Below are positions 17,513 to 26,122 of a DNA stretch of 64,000 nt, piece after piece. This DNA is from Candidatus Korarchaeum sp. (lineage in GTDB: Archaea; Korarchaeota; Korarchaeia; Korarchaeales; Korarchaeaceae): positions 301,141-365,140 of the forward strand of contig JAJHQZ010000001.1 of assembly GCA_020833055.1 (NCBI GenBank), in the 5' to 3' direction. Position 1 is the first letter of the stretch. Each line of letters starts with the position of its first letter. A model generated the notes under the pieces. It was not told where the DNA came from. It did no database searches and saw only the letters and a program-made list of their open reading frames with translations. A program made the translations under genes and the position numbers.

Positions 17513-18578
17513 ACCACCTCAATTTGTAGCTCAGTACTTCTTCTCCAGAGACTAAGGATACTATCAGTTCCTTCCTGACTGAGGTAGCAAGCCTTCCAGC
17601 CCTTATTAGATCTATGGGCCTTATCTTCCCCTCTATATCGCTAGCGATACAGAGGTAAGGTGCGTGCTCGAGGCCGGGCCCCCTCTCGTATATCATGTAA
17701 TCGACCCCGTACTTCGAGCCAGCCTTCGGGATATACCCTAGATCCCTCCAGTAGGAGAATACCTTTTCCTTCACCTCAGCATTATCCCTAACTCCAGAGA
17801 AGACCCTCCTCAATTCTTCTATCCCGATAATATTTCCTCTCGGATCTCTGACTTTTAGCTTCCCCTTGGAGGCTAAGTAGAGGGCCTCTATCAGGGGTAA
17901 CTGGAGCGGTTGCTCGTAATCTCTGAAAGGCTCCGGTTTCTCGATACCTATGGGATGTCCCCAGAAACCCTTAGAGTAAAGTCCAGATGGATCCTCAAAG
18001 ATCAATACTCTATCACCTATAAGAACACCGGATTTCTCTGGGATATCCTTAAGGTTGCTCTCCCTTGGCTTAGGAGAGAACTTCTCTATCTCGTAATATG
18101 TGACGTTCATCTCATCATCCACAACAGCTAATATGAGCTCCTTCCTGAGCCTCATAACTTTCTCGAGAGAGGCCAGTATCTGACTATGTGATATAGGCTG
18201 ATCTTCTGATAGAGGAAGGATCAATTGTTTTGAAGCTTTCTCCCCTATGGATGCCCCCCTCGGGTAGAGCCTCAGGAATTCCGTAGCTCTCTCGTAGACG
18301 ACTAGCCTATTCTTCCTTCTGAGATCGCTATAGACTATATACTTAAGGAACGTTGCTGGGTCAGATATCATTATAGTGAGTAAATTTTCAAGGCTAATAT
18401 TTTTCCCCTTTTCATCAAAAACTTCCATTTTCTGATCCCAAACTAAGTAAGATGCTTCTAGAGGGTGTATCTGGAGGGAGCCACCCACTATCTCCCCATA
18501 ACCCTGTCTGTACAGCTTATCGAAATCCCCCTCGATGTAGACGAACCCGTCCCTGAGGACTCCCCTAACTTTCACCAT
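17502..18578 (-). CDS. endA: tRNA-intron endonuclease, fused two-unit (alpha2-like) form
   Basis: Two EndA units, each with a LEASYL / IEALYL helix. The catalytic Tyr/His/Lys pattern (GSKYGVDY.IY...EHAPY...RK) occurs only in the C-terminal unit. Confidence 0.92.
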   Translation of the reverse strand: MVKVRGVLRDGFVYIEGDFDKLYRQGYGEIVGGSLQIHPLEASYLVWDQKMEVFDEKGKNISLENLLTIMISDPATFLKYIVYSDLRRKNRLVVYERATEFLRLYPRGASIGEKASKQLILPLSEDQPISHSQILASLEKVMRLRKELILAVVDDEMNVTYYEIEKFSPKPRESNLKDIPEKSGVLIGDRVLIFEDPSGLYSKGFWGHPIGIEKPEPFRDYEQPLQLPLIEALYLASKGKLKVRDPRGNIIGIEELRRVFSGVRDNAEVKEKVFSYWRDLGYIPKAGSKYGVDYMIYERGPGLEHAPYLCIASDIEGKIRPIDLIRAGRLATSVRKELIVSLVSGEEVLSYKLRWFKP

Positions 18579-18774
18579 CCGCCCACCTTTAGAACGAGTC
18601 CCAAGGAAATTTAACTTAAAAAATCTTTGAGGTAAAGTGCCTTGAATAAGATTCGTGAACGTACGTATCCATCATTGGAATATAGAGGATTGAGAAAAAC
18701 CCTCAGATAGTATTTAAATCCCTCAGCTCAAGATCTACTCGAATACGAAATCCCTGAGTTCTCCGATAGATAGC

Positions 18775-19722
18775 TCACTTTGGAGTTATCCTCCTCTCCA
18801 TCGCATTGAAGATAGTATTAAGGACACTCTCAGCGAACTCAAACCCTATAATTGGATCCTTCCCTCCCTTAATACTCTCTATGAAGTGCGAGAGCTCCTT
18901 GTATAGGGGTTCCTCCTTCCTAAATCTGGGGATCAGGGAGTGATCCCCCTTCTCCACCCTTATGAACTGATCCGCGTAATCTAGGGATATACTACCACCC
19001 TCCCCAGTGATCGTCATATTCCTTATCCCAGCTGTCGTCAACCAATTAGCTTCTATTATGGCTACAACGCCATTAGGATATGATGAGATCAGTATAGCTA
19101 AATCCTCACCCTCTCCATCGTTTAGGAGTCTAGCGGTGTAGGATAAGGAAGCTAGAGGGTCATCCTCCATGAGGTAGCGGTGGACGTAAACTTCGTGAAT
19201 CCCTAGATCCAAAGTGACCCCTATCTTCCATCCTAGGATCTTCTTAGGGAGTCTACCAGCTCTCTTAGAGGAAATTGAGGAGATCTTACCTATGACCTCC
19301 TCCTCCAGGAGTTCCTTGAGCTTCACTACAGCTGGATTGAAGAGCTCTATGAAGCCCGGCATGAAGATTCCTCCTCTCTTAACGAGAGAAGAGAGGATCG
19401 AGAGTTCATCCCTACTGGTCACGACGGGCTTTTCCGTCAGGACGGAAACTCCGAGCTCTAGGGCCTCTTTAGTGACCTCGAAGAGATACTGCGGGGTCAC
19501 TACTACACTAACCGCATCCAGGGATTCCTTCCTTACCATCTCCTCTACTGATGTGTAATGATTCACGTGATAATATTCCGCGAGCCTCCTCGCAGCGTTC
19601 TCATCTTTATCAGCTACAGCAACTAGTTTAGCATCTCCTATAGCTCTGTAAACCCTAGCATGAGCGGAGCCGAACCAACCGCATCCAACTACCCCGACCC
19701 TGACTTCCAAAGAGGGCACCAC
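18775..19722 (-). CDS. Gfo/Idh/MocA-family NAD(P)-dependent oxidoreductase (UDP-sugar dehydrogenase-like)
   Basis: VGVVGCGWFG, TEKP, GFIELFNP, DLGIHE, NWLT and EEPL.EL.HF. Confidence 0.88.
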   Translation of the reverse strand: MVPSLEVRVGVVGCGWFGSAHARVYRAIGDAKLVAVADKDENAARRLAEYYHVNHYTSVEEMVRKESLDAVSVVVTPQYLFEVTKEALELGVSVLTEKPVVTSRDELSILSSLVKRGGIFMPGFIELFNPAVVKLKELLEEEVIGKISSISSKRAGRLPKKILGWKIGVTLDLGIHEVYVHRYLMEDDPLASLSYTARLLNDGEGEDLAILISSYPNGVVAIIEANWLTTAGIRNMTITGEGGSISLDYADQFIRVEKGDHSLIPRFRKEEPLYKELSHFIESIKGGKDPIIGFEFAESVLNTIFNAMERRITPK

Positions 19723-19764
19723 TCAATTATATTTTTCGCTATATTAAACCGTGAGGTGCTCATC

Positions 19765-20601
19765 ATGGGGAAGTTGAGGGCTTATGTAGAGCTATCCAGA
19801 CCTAAAAATGCGTTGATGTCGATACTAGGGGCCCTGACGGGATGGATGAACTCGTCATCTATTTATGATGAGAGGCTCATCTTGACTTGCCTCGTGCCCC
19901 CCCTCGTCTTGATGGCCGGGAATGCGATAAACGATTATTATGATGCTGAGATAGATGCGATAAATAAGCCTTATAGACCTATACCCTCCGGTAGGATCTC
20001 TAAAATAGAAGCCCTCAATATCTATATAATTTTCTCATTACTTGGGGTGGCTTTAAGCGCACTCCTGGGGCTCCTCGAGTTCTTAATAGCTGCGGCCTTC
20101 TCCCTATCCTGGTATATCTATGCTAGGTGGTTGAAGAGGACAGGGATCCCCGGGAACGCTCTAGTCAGTCTTGGTGTCGCGTTCACCCTCGTGTTCGGTT
20201 CATTAGCTGCTGGTAATCTGACTAATAAGGTGATGATCTTCTCCTCCATAGCATTCACATCGAACCTCATCAGGGAATTCGTGAAAGCAGTTGAAGACCT
20301 GCCTGGAGATAAGGCTTATGGCGTTAAGACGATAGCCGTTAGAATTGGGGTTGAGAGGACCGGTGTCCTCGTATCTTTACTATCCTTAGTGGTCGTAGTG
20401 CTCACAATAATCCCAGTCACCTTAAGATTAACGGGCATAATCTATCTCTCGCTCTCAGTCATCATATCCCTGTCAATACTGATGGTAGCATCCGCTCTAT
20501 GCCTAAAAGGGAAATTGGGGGAGAGAGCTAGAGATGTTAGCAATTTGATAAAGGCATCGATGTTCCTAGGTCTCCTAGGGATGCTTCTGGATCCTATCTA
20601 G
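19765..20601 (+). CDS. Digeranylgeranylglyceryl phosphate synthase (UbiA family)
   Basis: ELSRP.N, NDYYDAEIDAINKPYRPIPSG, GNALVS and EDLPGD; polytopic membrane protein. ATG 19765 follows a GAGGTG SD site. Confidence 0.9.
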   Translation: MGKLRAYVELSRPKNALMSILGALTGWMNSSSIYDERLILTCLVPPLVLMAGNAINDYYDAEIDAINKPYRPIPSGRISKIEALNIYIIFSLLGVALSALLGLLEFLIAAAFSLSWYIYARWLKRTGIPGNALVSLGVAFTLVFGSLAAGNLTNKVMIFSSIAFTSNLIREFVKAVEDLPGDKAYGVKTIAVRIGVERTGVLVSLLSLVVVVLTIIPVTLRLTGIIYLSLSVIISLSILMVASALCLKGKLGERARDVSNLIKASMFLGLLGMLLDPI

Positions 20602-21374
20602 AGTAATCTAAGCAAGCTTTTCCTCTCAATGACACCTAATACTTTCTCATTTGAGTCAACTACTGGGAGAGCTGGGAGTCCGCTGCTCAAGAAGGCATCT
20701 TTCACATTCCTCAGATCGTTGGAGAGCTTCGGGGGTGATTCGAGCATGATATCCTCAACTATGACCCTCCTAGCGACATCATCCATGTAAGTCCCCTCTA
20801 TCCTATCCCTTACCTCAAAGAAAGCTTTTGCAAGCGCCATCTCAGTTACTAAACCAACAAGCTTTCCTGAATCAACTACTGGGAGTATTCTGGCTCCTCT
20901 TTCTAACATTATAGCTCTAGCATGAACTATCCTCTCATTAGGCATTATCCTCGGGTGCTCTCGCTTTATTAAGCTGGATATATCGCCTCTTAATTCCATG
21001 TGCCTTATGATATCGCTCTCTGAGACCAATCCAATGAGCTCCCCATTATTCAACACCGGAAGGAGACCTATCCTCTTATCAAGCATTATCTTCGCTGCAT
21101 CTGAGATATCCGCATCTTGCTCGATAGTTATAGGGGGCTCTGACATCAGAGCGCTGATGTATATCCTTCTAGCAGGTATCCTCTCGAATCTAGATGATCC
21201 CAAGCCATCCATGATGTCCCTTACGCTCAGAACTCCGACTAGCTTACCTCCTGATGTCACGATCAAGTGGTTTATCTTATTCCTCTCCATGAGGTCGATG
21301 GCCCTCTCAACGGTATCGCCCTTATCTATGGAGATGATATCCCTGATGATTATCTCACTAACTTTACGCGGCAT
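20598..21374 (-). CDS. CBS-domain protein (4 CBS, no catalytic domain)
   Basis: Repeated M....I.HL.V....LVGVLS / LPV....LIGLVSESD patterns. Start is ATG 21374; the track extends it into the upstream gene. Confidence 0.88.
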   Translation of the reverse strand: MPRKVSEIIIRDIISIDKGDTVERAIDLMERNKINHLIVTSGGKLVGVLSVRDIMDGLGSSRFERIPARRIYISALMSEPPITIEQDADISDAAKIMLDKRIGLLPVLNNGELIGLVSESDIIRHMELRGDISSLIKREHPRIMPNERIVHARAIMLERGARILPVVDSGKLVGLVTEMALAKAFFEVRDRIEGTYMDDVARRVIVEDIMLESPPKLSNDLRNVKDAFLSSGLPALPVVDSNEKVLGVIERKSLLRLL

Positions 21375-22188
21375 CGGAGACCACCCTGACGATCTCCTTC
21401 TTATCGACGACACCCAACAAACTTTCACCTTCGAAAACAGGAACTGCAGGGAGCCCCCACTCGAGCATAAACCTTGCAGCTTTTCCAGCGTCATCCTCCG
21501 GAGTTACCTTTATCCTCAACTCTTTCATTATGCTGCTAGCGGTCTTGACCTTCGTGCTCAAGCTGACCCTCCTCCCAACTCTGGAGGGTATCAAGACGTA
21601 TCTCTCAGCTAACTCGGGGACCCATAAAGCTAGTTCTCCTTCAGAGATAATCCCCTCATATTTCCCATCTAAGCCAGAGACTAGGATAACTCTCTTTCCA
21701 CTAGCAACCATCCTAGCTACTTTCTTCAAGTTAGTATCATATCTGACTACTCCGTATCTATCGCTCACGAGGTCACCGGCTCTGTAGAGGCCCCTCATCC
21801 TCTCCTCGAAGAACCTCGTCACATCAGTTTCTGAGAGGATCCCAACGAGCTTAGAGTCCTCTACAACGGGGAGCCCTCCTATCATCCTCTCTCTCATTAC
21901 TTTAGATGCTGTGAATATCGATTCATCCGGCCCGATGGTCACAGGGTTCGCTGTCATGAACCTGCTCACGAGCGAGCTCTCAGGATCCCTCCACCTCCAC
22001 GGGGCGCCTCTCCTCGCGAGGGCCTTAGCTATATCTGTAGCTGTTATCACACCAACTACTTCATTCCCTTCAACCACAATGAGCCTCCTAACCCTTCTCT
22101 CGAGCATGAGGTTCCTAGCTTTCCCTATAGTATCGTGAGGAGATACTACAGCCACCTCTTTAGTCATATAATCTCTAACTTTAGCCAA
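21364..22188 (-). CDS. CBS-domain protein (4 CBS)
   Basis: VRDYMTKEV, RLIVV...VVGVITATD, LPVV...LVGILSETD and AVPV...LLGVV. TTG start. Confidence 0.88.
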   Translation of the reverse strand: MAKVRDYMTKEVAVVSPHDTIGKARNLMLERRVRRLIVVEGNEVVGVITATDIAKALARRGAPWRWRDPESSLVSRFMTANPVTIGPDESIFTASKVMRERMIGGLPVVEDSKLVGILSETDVTRFFEERMRGLYRAGDLVSDRYGVVRYDTNLKKVARMVASGKRVILVSGLDGKYEGIISEGELALWVPELAERYVLIPSRVGRRVSLSTKVKTASSIMKELRIKVTPEDDAGKAARFMLEWGLPAVPVFEGESLLGVVDKKEIVRVVSDAA

Positions 22189-22199
22189 AACGCTCCCCC

Positions 22200-22694
22200 C
22201 TATATCAGTCCCCTCACCTTAGATTGAGCTATCCTGAGCTCCTGCAGGAGGAGGAACCATATATGAGGGGCTACCTTCAATATATCCCTAGAGGAGATTA
22301 TACCGACGACCCTCCCATCATAATTCACGACGATGAGTCTCCTGATGTTCCTCTCTATCATTATCCTAGCTGCTTCATCTATATCAGTATTATCCCTTAT
22401 CGTCACAGGGTCCTTCGTCATTATCTCAGATACCTTGACGTCCTCAGGCCTCCTCCCATCCCCAACAGCTATGTATCTAGTTATGAGGTCCCTCTCCGTG
22501 ACTATCCCCTTCAGCTCACTGCCTTCCATGATGACGACAGAGCCTATATTATTCTCCTTCATCAATTTAGCAGCTTCATAGACAGTCCCATCAGGTCTCA
22601 TAGTTATTAAATTCCTATTCATCACTTCAGATACCTTCGTCCTTACCTTAAGCTCCTCCTCCCTCTCGGGTATCAACGACCACATCTTCATCAC
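22200..22694 (-). CDS. CBS-domain protein (2 CBS)
   Basis: KVSEVMN, IGSVVI...GIVTERD, VSEIMTKD and RRLIVV...GIISSRD. Confidence 0.9.
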   Translation of the reverse strand: MMKMWSLIPEREEELKVRTKVSEVMNRNLITMRPDGTVYEAAKLMKENNIGSVVIMEGSELKGIVTERDLITRYIAVGDGRRPEDVKVSEIMTKDPVTIRDNTDIDEAARIMIERNIRRLIVVNYDGRVVGIISSRDILKVAPHIWFLLLQELRIAQSKVRGLI

Positions 22695-24565
22695 TCCTCT
22701 ACCCTCACCTTACCTGGGGGCATCGACCTCACTATGTTATCTATGGTCAACTCATCCGCCGGGACTTCAGCCCCTTCTCCTATTTTAACGTTACTCAAGA
22801 GCTCTATTAGTTTATTTTTTATCTTAATAGCTGCCTCCTCCTTGCTCATAGATCCCGGCTTTATCCTAACGGAGCATATAAAGGGAGCATCGGGAGGGGC
22901 TGCTGTCAGCTTCATACCATCTGGTGTCTCCTGTATCCCTACAGACAGCTCTAACTTAGCCCTCAAATAGTTCCTCTTCCCTGTTATGTAGAAACTGCCC
23001 TTTGGGAGGTACATTCCCGGAGGAGCGTGCTTAGAGACCTGCTCGCCCTTAACGTAATAGACATCCGCATAAGAGAGTCCTTCCTTCCAAGCTCTCGAGA
23101 AAGATGCTGCTGCTATTGCTGCTTGTTCTATAGATCTCTGATCGATCTCCCCCTCTGCCTTCAGGACGACGACAGCTCCTCCGGGCATGTCCACGTGGAA
23201 GAAGAGGTCATCATCGTCCATATACTTACTCACTATCTCAGAGTTCGTTTGAGCGTCCCTTCCGCAGATCACTAGGTTCCCAGAGGATGTATAGAACCAT
23301 CTGAACCTCTCATACCACCTCACCTTCTTCCTGGGCTTAGGTGAGAGTTCGAGTCTCCTCTCCTCTAGCGAGGATTCTATCTGCCTCAGCCTCTCCATTA
23401 TAGTGGATACAGCCTTATCTATCCTCAGGGCCTTTTCTCTCACTTTCTTCGCCCTATCGTAGTACTCTGAAGCATTTTCTGAGGCAGATTTCCTTATATC
23501 AAGCTCTATCTCCTCACCCTCTAGGGATATGATGACCTTACCCGACTCCCGATCTACTCGCTTTATCAAGATGTGTTCTCCTCCTGACCTCGCTTGAGCG
23601 AGGGCATCCTCGACCTCGTGGATATTTGAGAAGATTATATCACCTATCCTCTTCATTTGGGCATAGGACCTCTCATACTCTCCCTTCAAAGAGATCTGTC
23701 TCTCTATCTCCCTCCTGAGTGAGGAGATCCTCTCATCCTCAACGGATATTCCCTTCGATCTATAATAGTCCTCTACAGCGTCCGATAGTAGGTCTCTACT
23801 CACTCTCTCATACTCGAGGTGGGAGAGAGGGAAAGCGGAGTACTCGACTATCTCCTCACCATCTAAGTATAGAGTGGGCTCAGCTCCCTTACTCATGAGC
23901 TCAGAGATCTCATTTGCTAATGCATCTAGATCCAAATCCGATAGCTTCCTCTCAGCATCGATCCCCAACTTCAGGAGTACTTCATTGAGGTAAGGGGGGC
24001 CTAATCCGAAGCCTATAAGGGCCTTCCAAACTTTCTCATCCGGTGATATCCTCCCCAATACTCTAATAACATCTTCTCTGGAGAGACTAGGGGTCTCCTG
24101 CCAGAGGGAAGGGGGTAGCTTATATATCTCTCCCGCTCTTATCTTCCTATCCCTGTACTCAGCTCTGCGTTGAGCAGCTACTATCTCATCGCCCGATAGT
24201 AGTATCAAATTACCTCCGCCGAAAAGCTCCACTATTAACTTCATCCCTCTGGGAAATTCGAAAGAAACTATCCTCTCCAGACCGAGCTGAGATACCCTCT
24301 CTATCCTAGCGTTCTCTAAGTGCTTCCTCAAAACCATCACGAAAGGGGACGGTGTCTGGGGCTTCGTCCATTTGAGCTTCGTGAGGAAGAGGAACCCCCT
24401 AAGATCGATAAAAATCTCCCTCCTTCCATCGACTTCTGGATGGAATGAGAGGGAGAACGAGCTCTCACCGATATTGTAGATCTTCTTTATGAAACTACCC
24501 TCAACCCTTCGTAACTCCCTGATTATATGAGATATCTCGAGACCGGTCATCCCCCTGAGTTTCAT
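22691..24565 (-). CDS. rqcH: Ribosome rescue protein RqcH/Rqc2 (NEMF/NFACT family)
   Basis: FVMVLRKHL, ERIV.F, ELFGGGN, ENAS.YY..AKK, WYERFRWF, GRDA..N and GSF.I.G.R. Confidence 0.93.
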   Translation of the reverse strand: MKLRGMTGLEISHIIRELRRVEGSFIKKIYNIGESSFSLSFHPEVDGRREIFIDLRGFLFLTKLKWTKPQTPSPFVMVLRKHLENARIERVSQLGLERIVSFEFPRGMKLIVELFGGGNLILLSGDEIVAAQRRAEYRDRKIRAGEIYKLPPSLWQETPSLSREDVIRVLGRISPDEKVWKALIGFGLGPPYLNEVLLKLGIDAERKLSDLDLDALANEISELMSKGAEPTLYLDGEEIVEYSAFPLSHLEYERVSRDLLSDAVEDYYRSKGISVEDERISSLRREIERQISLKGEYERSYAQMKRIGDIIFSNIHEVEDALAQARSGGEHILIKRVDRESGKVIISLEGEEIELDIRKSASENASEYYDRAKKVREKALRIDKAVSTIMERLRQIESSLEERRLELSPKPRKKVRWYERFRWFYTSSGNLVICGRDAQTNSEIVSKYMDDDDLFFHVDMPGGAVVVLKAEGEIDQRSIEQAAIAAASFSRAWKEGLSYADVYYVKGEQVSKHAPPGMYLPKGSFYITGKRNYLRAKLELSVGIQETPDGMKLTAAPPDAPFICSVRIKPGSMSKEEAAIKIKNKLIELLSNVKIGEGAEVPADELTIDNIVRSMPPGKVRVEE

Positions 24566-24705
24566 TTAAATCACTGAGTATCTTAAGGGACCCCGCTCTT
24601 AAATGATCTTACTCAAGCGGGATCCTGACTCCGAGTACAATTCAGTGGGTAGCTGAGTCATGCTCCAGCTCAATGTTTTATATTTTGTAGTGATAACTTA
24701 ACCCG

Positions 24706-25557
24706 ATGAGGCCCAAGCATAAAATCTACTACTTCAGGCTCTCAGCTTCCTCCCTAGTAGGGATCCTCAACGGCCTCCTAAGGGTAGATCCAGCAGTAGG
24801 ACTCTCAGCGTTCATCTTCACTTACTTCTTAGTGACTCCGCTCTCGCTCAGGATATGGAAGGATGAGCTCAAAGGAATGGGGCTCATGGAGATATATAAG
24901 GAAGCGATAGGTTCCTCTCTATTAGCCTTGATCTTCTTTTGGTCTCTTACAATGAGCTTTACAGGACAAGGGGTAGCATTAGCTGTTGTTAGGGAGAAGG
25001 GAAGCGGGATATATCCGATAGAGACGTTGGATGGGAGGCATTTACCTCCGGGCAATGAGGAGATGATGGGCTACAGTGTCGTTTATCTCAATATCTCGGA
25101 CCATCTGAGAGATGCGGAATTAGGAGTCTGTCTGAACGGGACCTCTTCATTCAGAATGGGGAGGTATTACTTGACAGTGAGCGATATCATATCACTGAGG
25201 ATCGAGCTGAAGCCATTCGATCCCGGGGATAGGGAGATCTTGAGGAGGATCTTGGGGGACTTCTCCATCTACAGGAATGGGACGATTATTTTCGGTAAAA
25301 ATAGAGCCCATCTGGGTGAGAGTATCAATATGTCATCCAATGGATTGAATATATCCTTGAAATTCTTTGGACCGAATGATATTACCTTAGAGATGAGGTC
25401 GCCTATCAACACCTCTAAGGGCTCTCTCCTCAATTCATTCATTAAGGTCAGGAGTAGTGACTCTCAGTTGTGTTTATTCGATTCAGTCAAGCCTAAGATC
25501 GGGAGGAGGACGATAAGCCTTCAGGGATATCATATAGTGATCCTCCCAGGGGGATGA
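24706..25557 (+). CDS. Membrane protein: N-terminal EMC6/Rab5ip-like 3-TM domain plus a ~200-aa soluble domain
   Basis: IYYFRLSASSLVGILNGLL...GLSAFIFTYFL...SSLLALIFFWSL resembles EMC6 (Y.R...S.L.G...G.LGL.G..GF.FY...LF..VLFWT). The family call is by eye. Confidence 0.55.
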   Translation: MRPKHKIYYFRLSASSLVGILNGLLRVDPAVGLSAFIFTYFLVTPLSLRIWKDELKGMGLMEIYKEAIGSSLLALIFFWSLTMSFTGQGVALAVVREKGSGIYPIETLDGRHLPPGNEEMMGYSVVYLNISDHLRDAELGVCLNGTSSFRMGRYYLTVSDIISLRIELKPFDPGDREILRRILGDFSIYRNGTIIFGKNRAHLGESINMSSNGLNISLKFFGPNDITLEMRSPINTSKGSLLNSFIKVRSSDSQLCLFDSVKPKIGRRTISLQGYHIVILPGG

Positions 25558-25970
25558 AGATGGGTAGGAGGTTCCTAGAGTTAGAAGCGGATGTTGGATT
25601 TGAGGTATGGGCTGAAGATATAAATTCCCTCTTCGAAGAGGCGGCCCTCTCTATGTATGAGATAATGGTGGATGTGGAGAAAGTGGGGAGGAGTGTAGAG
25701 AGGAGTATAAATATAAATGCTCCCGATATAGAGATGCTACTTCACCATTGGTTATCGGAGCTTCTCTTCATCACGGACGTAGAGGGGATAGTGTTCTCCG
25801 ATTTCGAGGTCAAGATATCAGGGAACGATCTCGAGGGGAGGGCATGGGGTGAATTCATAGATATAGAGAAGCACAACCCGAAGACCGAGATAAAGGCTGT
25901 CACTTACCACAAGTTGAGCGTGAGGGAGGAGGGGGGTATCTGGAGGTGTACTGTGGTCTTGGATATATGA
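25554..25970 (+). CDS. Archease
   Basis: ADVG.EV, LFEEAA, LL..WLSELL, EIKAVTYH and C-terminal VLDI. Confidence 0.92.
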   Translation: MKMGRRFLELEADVGFEVWAEDINSLFEEAALSMYEIMVDVEKVGRSVERSININAPDIEMLLHHWLSELLFITDVEGIVFSDFEVKISGNDLEGRAWGEFIDIEKHNPKTEIKAVTYHKLSVREEGGIWRCTVVLDI

Positions 25971-26122
25971 GGGACTACTCTCCGAAATCTTATTAAATTT
26001 CTCTACCCTTTATTCGATTATTTAGAAAAATTTATCTCAAACTTCCCAATCCCGGAGCTCTGCCTTTGAAAGAAACTTTAATAAACGAGGGGAGCATCCC
26101 TCCCCGAAAGAGAGGTGGCCTT

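Noticed and set aside
18579-18774. Possible C/D sRNA between endA and the Gfo/Idh/MocA gene
   Set aside because: Only a degenerate ATGATGG was found, with no properly spaced CTGA boxes. Promoter and terminator sequence is a sufficient explanation.
20270-20310. DGGGP synthase second Asp-rich motif reads KAVED rather than KDxxD
   Set aside because: This position is variable in archaeal UbiA-family enzymes (KGxxD forms are recalled), and the other motifs are intact.
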